A stretch of DNA of 64,000 bases from Azolla caroliniana. Its lineage: Eukaryota; Plantae; Polypodiophyta. Positions 1-13,694 of this stretch are shown piece after piece. Where the stretch lies: positions 1 through 64,000 of the forward strand of contig JBHGNT010000085.1 of NCBI GenBank assembly GCA_043228905.1, written 5' to 3'. Numbering within the stretch: position 1 is the first letter of the stretch; every line of letters begins with the position of its first letter. The position numbers and the translations under genes are program-made. The notes beneath the pieces are model-generated. The model did not search any database. It was not told the origin of the DNA and saw only the letters and a program-made list of their open reading frames with translations.

Positions 1-2279
1 TCGAGACACATGACGAAATTACCAAATTTGAGGAGTGAGTTGAGAGGAGCCCTTGAGTAAATGAAAATGTTCATACCTGGCTCGTGTAATATCGGATTTT
101 TGTGTTCAAACATGCGAATCGAAGCTAACAACGCTAGCTATGATATGGAATTAAAAAATCAAGATTTTGAAACTCAGGTCGAAAGACATGACGAAATTAC
201 CAAATTTGAGGAGTCAGTTGAGAGGAGCCCTTCAGTAAATGAAAATGTTCATACCTGGCTCGTGTAATATCGGATTTTTGTGTTTAAACATGCGTATCGA
301 AGCTAACAACGCTAGCTATGATATGGAATTAAAAAATCAAGATTTTGAAACTCCGGTCGAGAGACATGACGAAATTTCCAAATTTGAGGAGTGAGTTGAG
401 AGGAGCCCTTGAGTAAATTAAAATGTTCATACCTGGCTCATATCATGTCGGATTTTTGTGTTCAAACATGCGAATCGAAGCTAACAACATTACCTATGAT
501 ATGGAATTAAAAAATCATGATTTTGACACTCAGATCGAGAGACATGACGAAGTTACCAAATTTGAGCAGTCAGTTGAGAATAGCTAGGAGGTAAATTAAA
601 ATGTTCATACCTGGCTCGTGTGATATCGAATATTTGTGTTCAAACATGCGAATCGAAGCTAACAACGCTAGCTATGATATGGAATTAAAAAATCAAGATT
701 TTAAAACTTAGATCGAGAGACATGACGGAATTAGCAAATTTGAGGAGTGAGTTGAGAAGAGCTAGGAGGTAAATTAAAATGTTCATACCGGGCTCGTGTG
801 ATATCGGAGTTTTGTGTTCAACCATGCGAATCGAAGCTAACAAAACTACCTATGATATGGAATTAAAAAATCAAGATTTCGAAACTCAGGTCGAGAGACA
901 TAATCAAATTACCAAATTTGAGGAGTGAGTTGAGAGGAGCTAGGAGGTAAATTAAATAGTTCATACCTGTCTCGTGTGATATCGGATTTTTGTGTTCAAA
1001 CATGGGAATCGAAGCTAACAACGCTAGCTATGATATGGAATTAAAAAATCAAGATTTTGAAACTCAGATCAAGAGACATGACGAAATTACCAAATTTGAG
1101 GAGTGAGTTGAGAAGAGCTAGGAGGTAAATTAAAATGTTCATACCTGGCTCGTGTGATATCGAATTCTTGTGTTCAAACATGCGAATCGAAGCTAACAAC
1201 GCTAGCTATGATATGGAATTAAAAAATCAAGATTTTGAAACTCAGGTCGAGAGACATGACGAAATTACCAAATTTGAGGAGTGACTTGAGAGGAGCCCTT
1301 GAGTAAATGAAAATGTTCATACCTGGCTCGTGTAATATCGGATTTTTGTGTTCAAACATGCGTATCGAAGCTAACAACGCTAGCTATGATATGGAATTAA
1401 AAAATCAAGATTTTGAAACTCCGGTCGAGAGACATGACGAAATTACCAAATTTGAGGAGTGAGTTGAGAGGAGCCCTTGAGTAAATTAAAATGTTCATAC
1501 CTGGCTCGTGTGATATCGTATTTTTGTGTTCAAACTATCGAATCGAAGCTAACAACGCTAGCTATGATATGGAATTAAAAAATCAAGATTTTGAAACTCA
1601 GATCAAGAGACATGACGAAATTACCAAATTTGAGGAGTGAGTTGAGAAGAGCTAGGAGGTAAATTAAAATGTTCATACCGGGCTCGTGTGATATCGGAGT
1701 TTTGTGTTCAACCATGCGAATCGAAGCTAACAAAACTACCTATGATATGGAATTAAAAAATCAAGATTTTGAAACTCAGGTCGAGAGACATAATCAAATT
1801 ACCAAATTTGAGGAGTGAGTTGAGAGGAGCTAGGAGGTAAATTAAATAGTTCATACCTGGCTCGTGTGATATCGGATTTTTGTGTTCAAACATGCGAATC
1901 GAAGCTAACAACACTACCTATGATATGGAATTAAAAAATCAAGATTTTGAAACTCAGGTCGAGAGACATAATCAAATTACCAAATTTGAGGAGTGAGTTG
2001 AGAGGAGCTAGGAGGTAAATTAAATAGTTCATACCTGGCTCGTGTGATATCGGATTTTTGTGTTCAAACATGCGAATCGAAGCTAACAACACTACCTATG
2101 ATATGGAATTAAAAAATCAAGATTTTGAAACTGAGATCGAGAGACATGACGAAATTACCAAATTTGAGGAGTGAGTTGAGAAGAGCCCTTGAGTAAATGA
2201 AAATGTTCATACCTGGCTCGTGTAATATCGGATTTTTGTGTTCAAACATGCGAATCGAATGTAACAACGCTAGCTATGA

Positions 2280-2995
2280 TATGGAATTAAAAAATCAAGA
2301 TTTTGAAACTCAGTTCGAGAGACATAATCAAATTACCAAATTTGAGGAGTGAGTTGAGAGGAGCTAGGAGGTAAATTAAATAGTTCATACCTGGCTGGTG
2401 TGATATCGGATTTTTGTGTTCAAACATGCGAATCGAAGATAACAACACTACCTATGATATGGAATTAAAAAATCAAAATTTTGAAACTCAGGTCGAGAGA
2501 CATGACGAAATTACCAAATTTGAGCAGTGACTTGAGAGGAGCCCTTGAGTAAATGAAAATATTCATACCTGGCTCGTGTAATATCGGATTTTTGTGTTCA
2601 AACATGCGAATCGAAGCTAACAACGCTAGCTATGATGTGGAATTAAAAAATCAAGATTTTGAAACTCAGTTCGAGAGACATAATCAAATTACCAAATTTG
2701 AGGAGTGAGTTGAGAGGAGCTAGGAGGTAAATTAAATAGTTCATACCTGGCTGGTGTGATATCGGATTTTTGTGTTCAAACATGCGAATCGAAGATAACA
2801 ACACTACCTATGATATGGAATTAAAAAATCAAAATTTTGAAACTCAGGTCGAGAGACATGACGAAATTACCAAATTTGAGCAGTGACTTGAGAGGAGCCC
2901 TTGAGTAAATGAAAATATTCATACCTGGCTCGTGTAATATCGGATTTTTGTGTTCAAACATGCGAATCGAAGCTAACAACGCTAGCTATGATATG
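2280..2995. repeat. Tandem dimer duplication (356-bp period, 2 copies)
   Basis: Variants CAGTTCG, CATAATC, CTGGTG, GAGCAGTGACTT and AATATTC each recur 356 bp later (e.g. CAGTTCG near 2311 and 2667). Confidence 0.9.
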
Positions 2996-4264
2996 GAATT
3001 AAAAAATCAAGATTTTGAAACTGAGGTCGAGAGACATGACGAAATTACCAAATTTGAGGAGTGAGTTGAGAAGAGCTAGGAGGTAAATTAAAATGTTCAT
3101 ACCTGGCTCGCGTGATATCGGATTTTTGTGTTCAAACATGCGAATCGAAACTAACAACGCTAGATATGATATGGAATTAAAAAATCAAGATTTTGAAACT
3201 CAGGTCGAGAGACATGACGAAATTACCAAATTTGAGGAGTGAGTTGAGAAGAGCCCTTGAGTAAATGAAAATGTTCATACCTGGCTCGTGTAATATCGGA
3301 TTTTTGTGTTCAAACATGCGAATCGAAGATAACAACGCTAGCTATAATATGGAATTAAAAAATCAAGATTTTGAAACTCAGGTCGAGAGACATGACGAAA
3401 TTACCAAATTTGAGGAGTCAGTTGAGAGGAGCCCTTGAGTAAATGAAAATGTTCATACCTGGCTCGTGTAATATCGGATTTTTGTGTTCAAACATGCGAA
3501 TCGAAGCTAACAACGCTAGCTATGATATGGAATTAAAAATCAAGATTTTGAAACTCAGGTCGAGAGACATGACGAAATTACCAAATTTGAGGAGTGAGTT
3601 GAGAAGAGCCCTTGAGTAAATGAAAATGTTCATACCTGGCTCGTGTAATATCGGATTTTTGTGTTCAAACATGCGAATCGAAGCTAACAACGCTAGCTAT
3701 GATATGGAATTAAAAATCAAGATTTTGAAACTCAGGTCAAGAGACATGACGAAATTACCAAATTTGAGGAGTGAGTTGAGAGGAGCCCTTGAGTAAATGA
3801 AAATGTTCATACCTCGCTCGTGTAATATCGGATTTTTGTGTTCAAACATGCGAATCGAAGCTAACAACGCTAGCTATGATATGGAATTAAAAAATCAAGA
3901 TTTTGAAACTCCGGTCGAGAGACATGACGAAATTTCCAAATTTGAGGAGTGAGTTGAGAGGAGCCCTTGAGTAAATTAAAATGTTCATACCTGGCTCGTG
4001 TGATATCGGATTTTTGTGTTCAAACATGGGAATCGAAGCTAACAACGCTAGCTATGATATGGAATTAATAAATCAAGATTTTGAAACTCAGATCAAGAGA
4101 CATGACGAAATTACCAAATTTGAGGAGTGAGTTGAGAAGAGCTACGAGGTAAATTGAAATGTTCATACCTGGCTCGTGTGATATCAAATTCTTGTGTTCA
4201 AACATGCGAATCGAAGCTAACAACGCTAGCTATGATATGGAATTAAAAAATCAAGATTTTGAAA

Positions 4265-6370
4265 CTCAGGTCGAGAGACATAATCAAATTACCAAATTTG
4301 AGGAGTGAGTTGAGAGGAGCCCTTGAGTAAATTAAAATGTTCATACCTGGCTCATATCATGTCGGATTTTTGTGTTCAAACATGCGAATCGAAGCTAACA
4401 ACTTTAGCTATGATATGGAATTAAAAAATCCAGATTTTGACACTCAGATCGAGAGACATGACGAAGTTACCAAATTTGAGCAGTCAGTTGAGAAGATCTA
4501 GGAGGTAAATTAAAATGTTCATACCTGGCTCCTGTAATATCGGATTTTTGTGTTCAAACATGCGAATCGAAGCTAACAACGCTAGCTATGATATGGAATT
4601 AAAAAATCAAGATTTTGAAACTCAGGTCGACAGACATGACGGAATTACCAAATTTGAGGAGTCAGTTGAGAAGAGCTAGGAGGTAAATTAAAATGTTCAT
4701 ACCTGGCTCGTCTGATATCGGATTTTTATGTTCAAACATGCGAATAGAAGCTAACAACGCTAGCTATGATATAGAATTAAAAAATCAAGATTTTGAAACT
4801 GAGGTCGAGAGACATGACGAAATTACCAAATTTGAGGAGTGAGTTGAGAAGAGCTAGGAGGTAAATTAAAATGTTCATACCTGGCTCGTGTGATATCGGA
4901 TTTTTGTGTTCAAAAATGTGAATCGAAGCTAACAACGTTAGCTATTATATGGAATGAAAAAGTCAAGATTTTTAAACTCAGGTCGAGAGACATGACCGAA
5001 TTACCAAATTTGAGGAGTGAGTTGAGAGGAGCCCTTGAGTAAATGAAAATGTTCATACCTGGCTCGTGTAATATCGGATTTTTGTGTTCAAACATGCGAA
5101 TCGAAGCTAACAACGCTAGCTATGATATGGAATTAAAAATACAAGATTTTGAAACTCAGGTCGAGAGACATGAAGAAATTACCAAATTTGAGGAGTGAGT
5201 TGAGAAGAGCTAGGAGGTAAATTAAAATGTTCATACCTGGCTCGTGTGATATCTAATTTTTGTGTTCAAACATGCGAATCGAAGCTAACAACACTACCTA
5301 TAATATGGAATTAAAAAATCAAGATTTTGAAACTCAGGTCGAGAGACATGACGAAATTAGCAAATTTGAGGAGTGAGTTGAGAAGAGCTAGGAGGTAAAT
5401 TAAAATGTTCATACCGGGCTCCTGTGATATCGGAGTTTTGTGTTCAACCATGCGAATCGAAGCTAACAAAACTACCTATGATATGGAATTAAAAAATCAA
5501 GATTTTGAAACTCAGGTCGAGAGACATAATCAAATTACCAAATTTGAGGAGTGAGTTGAGAGGAGCCCTTGAGTAAATTAAAATGTTCATACCTGGCTCA
5601 TATCATGTCGGATTTTTGTGTTCAAACATGCGAATCGAAGCTAACAACTTTAGCTATGATATGGAATTAAAAAATCAAGATTTTGACACTCAGATCGAGA
5701 GACATGACGAAGTTACCAAATTTGAGCAGTCAGTTGAGAAGATCTAGGAGGTAAATTAAAATGTTCATACCTGGCTCCTGTAATATCGGATTTTTGTGTT
5801 CAAACATGCGAATCGAAGCTAACAACGCTAGCTATGATATGGAATTAAAAAATCAAGATTTTGAAACTCAGATCGAGAGACATGACGAAATTACCAAATT
5901 TGAGGAGTCAGTTGAGAAGAGCTAGGAGGTAAATTAAAATGTTCATACCTGGCTCGTGTAATATCGGATTTTTATGTTCAAACATGCGAATCGAAGCTAA
6001 CAACGCTAGCTATGATATAGAATTAAAAAATCAAGATTTTGAAACTGAGGTCGAGAGACATGACGAAATTACCAAATTTGAGGAGTGAGTTGAGAAGAGC
6101 TAGGAGGTAAATTAAAATGTTCATACCTGGCTCGTGTGATATCGGATTTTTGTGTTCAAAAATTTGAATCGAAGCTAACAACGTTAGCTATTATATGGAA
6201 TGAAAAAGTCAAGATTTTTAAACTCAGGTCGAGAGACATGACAGAATTACCAAATTTGAGGAGTGAGTTGAGAGGAGCCCTTGAGTAAATGAAAATGTTC
6301 ATACCTGGCTCGTGTAATATCGGATTTTTGTGTTCAAACATGCGAATCGAAGCTAACAACGCTAGCTATG
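4265..6370. repeat. Diverged partial duplication with a 7-monomer offset (1246 bp)
   Basis: TAATCAAATT at 4281/5527, CTCATATCATGTCGG at 4351/5597, GATCT at about 4496/5741, and the incidental ORFs at 4910/6156 are all about 1246 bp apart. The copies carry several private substitutions. Confidence 0.85.
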
Positions 6371-9249
6371 ATATGGAATTAAGAAATCAAGATTTTTAAA
6401 CTCAGGTCGAGAGACATGACGGAATTACCAAATTTGAGGAGTGAGTTGAGAGGAACCCTTGAGTAAATTAAAATGTTCATACCTGGCTCATATCATATCG
6501 GATTTTTGTGTTCAAACATGCGAATCGAAGCTAACAACTTTAGCTATGATATGGAATTAAAAAATCAAGATTTTGACACTCAGATCGAGAGACATGACGA
6601 AGTTACCAAATTTGAGCAGTCAGTTGAGAAGATCTAGGAGGTAAATGAAAATGTTCATACCTGGCTCGTGTAATATCGGATTTTTGTGTTCAAACATGCG
6701 AATCGAAGCTAACAACGCTAGCTATGATATGGAATTAAAAAATCAAGATTTTGAAACTCCGGTCGAGAGACATGACGAAATTACCAAATTTGAGGAGTGA
6801 GTTGAGAGGAGCCCTTGAGTAAATTAAAATGTTCATACCTGGCTCGTGTGATATCGGATTTTTGTGTTCAAACATGGGAATCGAAGCTAACAACGCTAGC
6901 TATGATATGGAATTAATAAATCAAGATTTTGAAACTCAGATCAAGAGACATGACGAAATTACCAAATTTGAGGAGTGAGTTGAGAAGAGCTACGAGGTAA
7001 ATTGAAATGTTCATACCTGGCTCGTGTGATATCGAATTTTTGTGTTCAAACATGCGAATCGAAGATAACATCGCTAGCTATAATATGGAATTAAAAAATC
7101 AAGATTTTGAAACTCAGGTCGAGAGACATGACGAAATTACCAAATTTGAGGAGTCAGTTGAGAGGAGCCCTTGAGTAAATGAAAATGTTCATACCTGGCT
7201 CGTGTAATATCGGATTTTTGTGTTCAAACATGCGAATCGAAGCTAACAACGCTAGCTATGATATGGAATTAAAAATTAACATTTTGAAACTCAGGTCGAG
7301 AGACATGACGAAATTACCAAATTTGAGGAGTGAGTTTAGAAGAGCCCTTGAGTAAATGAAAATTTTCATACCTGGCTCGTGTAATATCGGATTTTTGTGT
7401 TCAAACATGCGAATCGAAGCTAACAACGCTAGCTATGATATGCAATTAAAAAATCAAGATTTTGAAACTCAGGTCGAGAGACATGACGAAATTACCAAAT
7501 TTGAGGAGTGACTTGAGAGGAGCCCTTGAGTAAATGAAAATGTTCATACCTGGCTCGTGTAATATCGGATTTTTGTGTTCAAACATGTGTATCGAAGCTA
7601 ACAACGCTAGCCATGATATGGAATTAAAAAATCAAGATTTTGAAACTCCGGTCGAGAGACATGACGAAATTTCCAAATTTGAGGAGTGAGTTGAGAGGAG
7701 CCCTTGAGTAAATTAAAATGTTCATACCTGGCTCGTATCATATCGGATTTTTGTGTTCAAACATGCGAATCAAAGCTAACAACCCTAGCTATGATATGGA
7801 ATTAAAAAATCAAGATTTTGAAACTCAGGTCGAGAGACATGACGAAATTACCAAATTTGAGGAGTGAGTTGAGAAGAGCTAGGAGGTAAATTAAAATGTT
7901 CATACCTGGCTCGTGTGATATCGAATTCTTGTGTTCAAACATGCGAATCGAAGCTAACAACGCTAGCTATGATATGGAATTAAAAAATCAAGATTTTGAA
8001 ACTCCGGTCGAGAGACATGACGAAATTTCCAAATTTGAGGAGTGAGTTGAGAGGAGCCCTTGAGTAAATTAAAATGTTCATACCTGGCTCGTGTGATATC
8101 CGATTTTTGTGTTCAAACATGGGAATCGAAGCTAACAACGCTAGCTATGATATGGAATTAAAAAATCAAGATTTTGAAACTCAGATCAAGAGACATGACG
8201 AAATTACCAAATTTGAGGAGTGAGTTGAGAAGAGCTACGAGGTAAATTGAAATGTTCATACCTGGCTCGTGTGATATCGAATTTTTGTGTTCAAACATGC
8301 GAATCGAAGATAACAACGCTAGCTATAATATGGAATTAAAAAATCAAGATTTTGAAACTCAGGTCGAGAGACATGACGAAATTACCAAATTTGAGGAGTC
8401 AGTTGAGAGGAGCCCTTGAGTAAATGAAAATGTTCATACCTGGCTCGTGTAATATCGGATTTTTGTGTTCAAACATGCGAATCGAAGCTAACAACGCTAG
8501 CTATGATATGGAATTAAGAAAACAAGATTTTGAAACTCAGGTCGAGAGACATGACGAAATTACCAAATTTGAGGAGTGAGTTGAGAAGAGCCCTTGAGTA
8601 AATGAAAATGTTCATACCTGGCTCGTGTAATATCGGATTTTTGTGTTCAAACATGCGAATCGAATGTAACAACGCTAGCTATGATATGGAATTAAAAAAT
8701 CAAGATTTTGAAACTCAGTTCGAGAGACATAATCAAATTACCAAATTTGAGGAGTCAGTTGAGAGGAGCTAGGAGGTAAATTAAATAGTTCATACCTGGC
8801 TGGTGTGATATCGGATTTTTGTGTTCAAACATGCGAATCGAAGATAACAACACTACCTATGATATGGAATTAAAAAATCAAAATTTTGAAACTCAGGTCG
8901 AGAGACATGACGAAATTACCAAATTTGAGCAGTGACTTGAGAGGAGCCCTTGAGTAAATGAAAATATTCATACCTGGCTCGTGTAATATCGGATTTTTGT
9001 GTTCAAACATGCGAATCGAAGCTAACAACGCTAGCTATGATATGGAATTAAAAAATCAACATTTTGAAACTGAGGTCGAGAGACATGACGAAATTACCAA
9101 ATTTGAGGAGTGAGTTGAGAAGAGCTAGGAGGTAAATTAAAATGTTCATACCTGGCTCGTGTGATATCGGCTTTTTGTGTTCAAACATGCGAATCGAAAC
9201 TAACAACGCTAGCTATGATATGGAATTAAAAAATCAAGATTTTGAAACT

Positions 9250-12200
9250 CCGGTCGAGAGACATGACGAAATTTCCAAATTTGAGGAGTGAGTTGAGAGG
9301 AGCCCTTGAGTAAATTAAAATGTTCATACCTGGCTCGTGTGATATCGGATTTTTGTGTTCAAACATGGGAATCGAAGCTAACAACGCTAGCTATGATATG
9401 GAATTAATAAATCAAGATTTTGAAACTCAGATCAAGAGACATGACGAAATTACCAAATTTGAGGAGTGAGTTGAGAAGAGCTAGGAGGTAAATTGAAATG
9501 TTCATACCTGGCTCGTGTGATATCGAATTTTTGTGTTCAAACATGCGAATCGAAGATAACAACGCTAGCTATAATATGGAATTAAAAAATCAAGATTTTG
9601 AAACTCAGGTCGAGAGACATGACGAAATTACCAAATTTGAGGAGTCAGTTGAGAGGAGCCCTTGAGTAAATGAAAATGTTCATACCTGGCTCGTGTAATA
9701 TCGGATTTTTGTGTTCAAACATGCGAATCGAAGCTAACAACGCTAGCTATGATATGGAATTAAAAATTAAGATTTTGAAACTCAGGTCGAGAGACATGAC
9801 GAAATTACCAAATTTGAGGAGTGAGTTGAGAAGAGCCCTTGAGTAAATGAAAATGTTCATACCTGGCTCGTGTAATATCGGATTTTTGTGTTCAAACATG
9901 CGAATCGAAGCTAACAACGCTAGCTATGATATGCAATTAAAAAATCAAGATTTTGAAACTCAGGTCGAGAGACATGACGAAACTACCAAATTTGAGGAGT
10001 GACTTGAGAGGAGCCCTTGAGTAAATGAAAATGTTCATACCTGGCTCGTGTAATATCGGATTTTTGTGTTCAAACATGCGAATCGAAGATAACAACACTA
10101 CCTATGATATGGAATTAAAAAATCAAAATTTTGAAACTCCGGTCGAGAGACATGACGAAATTTCCAAATTTGAGGAGTGAGTTGAGAGGAGCCCTTGAGT
10201 AAATTAAAATGTTCATACCTGGCTCGTGTGATATCGGATTTTTGTGTTCAAACATGGGAATCGAAGCTAACAACGCTAGCTATGATATGGAATTAATAAA
10301 TCAAGATTTTGAAACTCAGATCAAGAGACATGACGAAATTACCAAATTTGAGGAGTGAGTTGAGAAGAGCTACGAGGTAAATTGAAATGTTCATACCTGG
10401 CTCGTGTGATATCGAATTTTTGTGTTCAAACATGCGAATCGAAGATAACAACGCTAGCTATAATATGGAATTAAAAAATCAAGATTTTGAAACTCAGGTC
10501 GAGAGACATGACGAAATTACCAAATTTGAGGAGTCAGTTGAGAGGAGCCCTTGAGTAAATGAAAATGTTCATACCTGGCTCGTGTAATATCGGATTTTTG
10601 TGTTCAAACATGCGAATCGAAGCTAACAACGCTAGCTATGATATGGAATTAAAAATTAAGATTTTGAAACTCAGGTCGAGAGACATGACGAAATTACCAA
10701 ATTTGAGGAGTGAGTTGAGAAGAGCCCTTGAGTAAATGAAAATGTTCATACCTGGCTCGTGTAATATCGGATTTTTGTGTTCAAACATGCGAATCGAAGC
10801 TAACAACGCTAGCTATGATATGCAATTAAAAAATCAAGATTTTGAAACTCAGGTCGAGAGACATGACGAAACTACCAAATTTGAGGAGTGACTTGAGAGG
10901 AGCCCTTGAGTAAATGAAAATGTTCATACCTGGCTCGTGTAATATCGGATTTTTGTGTTCAAACATGCGAATCGAAGATAACAACACTACCTATGATATG
11001 GAATTAAAAAATCAAAATTTTGAAACTCCGGTCGAGAGACATGACGAAATTTCCAAATTTGAGGAGTGAGTTGAGAGGAGCCCTTGAGTAAATTAAAATG
11101 TTCATACCTGGCTCGTGTGATATCGGATTTTTGTGTTCAAACATGGGAATCGAAGCTAACAACGCTAGCTATGATATGGAATTAATAAATCAAGATTTTG
11201 AAACTCAGATCAAGAGACATGACGAAATTACCAAATTTGAGGAGTGAGTTGAGAAGAGCTACGAGGTAAATTGAAATGTTCATACCTGGCTCGTGTGATA
11301 TCGAATTTTTGTGTTCAAACATGCGAATCGAAGATAACAACGCTAGCTATAATATGGAATTAAAAAATCAAGATTTTGAAACTCAGGTCGAGAGACATGA
11401 CGAAATTACCAAATTTGAGGAGTCAGTTGAGAGGAGCCCTTGAGTAAATGAAAATGTTCATACCTGGCTCGTGTAATATCGGATTTTTGTGTTCAAACAT
11501 GCGAATCGAAGCTAACAACGCTAGCTATGATATGGAATTAAAAATTAAGATTTTGAAACTCAGGTCGAGAGACATGACGAAATTACCAAATTTGAGGAGT
11601 GAGTTGAGAAGAGCCCTTGAGTAAATGAAAATGTTCATACCTGGCTCGTGTAATATCGGATTTTTGTGTTCAAACATGCGAATCGAAGCTAACAACGCTA
11701 GCTATGATATGCAATTAAAAAATCAAGATTTTGAAACTCAGGTCGAGAGACATGACGAAACTACCAAATTTGAGGAGTGACTTGAGAGGAGCCCTTGAGT
11801 AAATGAAAATGTTCATACCTGGCTCGTGTAATATCGGATTTTTGTGTTCAAACATGCGAATCGAAGATAACAACACTACCTATGATATGGAATTAAAAAA
11901 TCAAAATTTTGAAACTCCGGTCGAGAGACATGACGAAATTTCCAAATTTGAGGAGTGAGTTGAGAGGAGCCCTTGAGTAAATTAAAATGTTCATACCTGG
12001 CTCGTGTGATATCGGATTTTTGTGTTCAAACATGGGAATCGAAGCTAACAACGCTAGCTATGATATGGAATTAATAAATCAAGATTTTGAAACTCAGATC
12101 AAGAGACATGACGAAATTACCAAATTTGAGGAGTGAGTTGAGAAGAGCTACGAGGTAAATTGAAATGTTCATACCTGGCTCGTGTGATATCGAATTTTTG

Positions 12201-13694
12201 TGTTCAAACATGCGAATCGAAGATAACAACGCTAGCTATAATATGGAATTAAAAAATCAAGATTTTGAAACTCAGGTCGAGAGACATGACGAAATTACCA
12301 AATTTGAGGAGTCAGTTGAGAGGAGCCCTTGAGTAAATGAAAATGTTCATACCTGGCTCGTGTAATATCGGATTTTTGTGTTCAAACATGCGAATCGAAG
12401 CTAACAACGCTAGCTATGATATGGAATTAAAAATTAAGATTTTGAAACTCAGGTCGAGAGACATGACGAAATTACCAAATTTGAGGAGTGAGTTGAGAAG
12501 AGCCCTTGAGTAAATGAAAATGTTCATACCTGGCTCGTGTAATATCGGATTTTTGTGTTCAAACATGCGAATCGAAGCTAACAACGCTAGCTATGATATG
12601 CAATTAAAAAATCAAGATTTTGAAACTCAGGTCGAGAGACATGACGAAACTACCAAATTTGAGGAGTGACTTGAGAGGAGCCCTTGAGTAAATGAAAATG
12701 TTCATACCTGGCTCGTGTAATATCGGATTTTTGTGTTCAAACATGCGAATCGAAGATAACAACACTACCTATGATATGGAATTAAAAAATCAAAATTTTG
12801 AAACTCCGGTCGAGAGACATGACGAAATTTCCAAATTTGAGGAGTGAGTTGAGAGGAGCCCTTGAGTAAATTAAAATGTTCATACCTGGCTCGTGTGATA
12901 TCGGATTTTTGTGTTCAAACATGGGAATCGAAGCTAACAACGCTAGCTATGATATGGAATTAATAAATCAAGATTTTGAAACTCAGATCAAGAGACATGA
13001 CGAAATTACCAAATTTGAGGAGTGAGTTGAGAAGAGCTACGAGGTAAATTGAAATGTTCATACCTGGCTCGTGTGATATCGAATTTTTGTGTTCAAACAT
13101 GCGAATCGAAGATAACAACGCTAGCTATAATATGGAATTAAAAAATCAAGATTTTGAAACTCAGGTCGAGAGACATGACGAAATTACCAAATTTGAGGAG
13201 TCAGTTGAGAGGAGCCCTTGAGTAAATGAAAATGTTCATACCTGGCTCGTGTAATATCGGATTTTTGTGTTCAAACATGCGAATCGAAGCTAACAACGCT
13301 AGCTATGATATGGAATTAAAAATTAAGATTTTGAAACTCAGGTCGAGAGACATGACGAAATTACCAAATTTGAGGAGTGAGTTGAGAAGAGCCCTTGAGT
13401 AAATGAAAATGTTCATACCTGGCTCGTGTAATATCGGATTTTTGTGTTCAAACATGCGAATCGAAGCTAACAACGCTAGCTATGATATGCAATTAAAAAA
13501 TCAAGATTTTGAAACTCAGGTCGAGAGACATGACGAAATTACCAAATTTGAGGAGTGACTTGAGAGGAGCCCTTGAGTAAATGAAAATGTTCATACCTGG
13601 CTCGTGTAATATCGGATTTTTGTGTTCAAACATGCGTATCGAAGCTAACAACGCTAGCTATGATATGGAATTAAAAAATCAAGATTTTGAAACT
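9250..13694. repeat. 5-monomer higher-order repeat, 889 bp x 5 near-identical copies
   Basis: Unit start CCGGTCG at 9250, 10139, 11028, 11917, 12806 (next 13695). Markers AATTAATAAATC, AAAAATTAAG and ATATGCAATT recur every 889 bp; GAAACTACC is present in the first four copies. Confidence 0.95.

Noticed and set aside
1-178. Identity with Arabidopsis thaliana CEN178 because of the equal length
   Set aside because: The consensus lacks the HindIII AAGCTT site and other CEN178 motifs as I recall them. Only a database search can assign the family.
1-178. Internal 89-bp half-repeat origin (AAATGAAAATGTTCA vs GAATTAAAAAATCAA; ACATGACGAAAT vs ACATGCGAAT)
   Set aside because: The two similarities have inconsistent offsets (about 89 vs about 102 bp), and the rest does not align by eye.
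580-610. Shine-Dalgarno-like AGGAGGT followed by ATG
   Set aside because: It is part of the satellite subtype block. The downstream frame usually closes quickly, and the context is non-genic and eukaryote-like.
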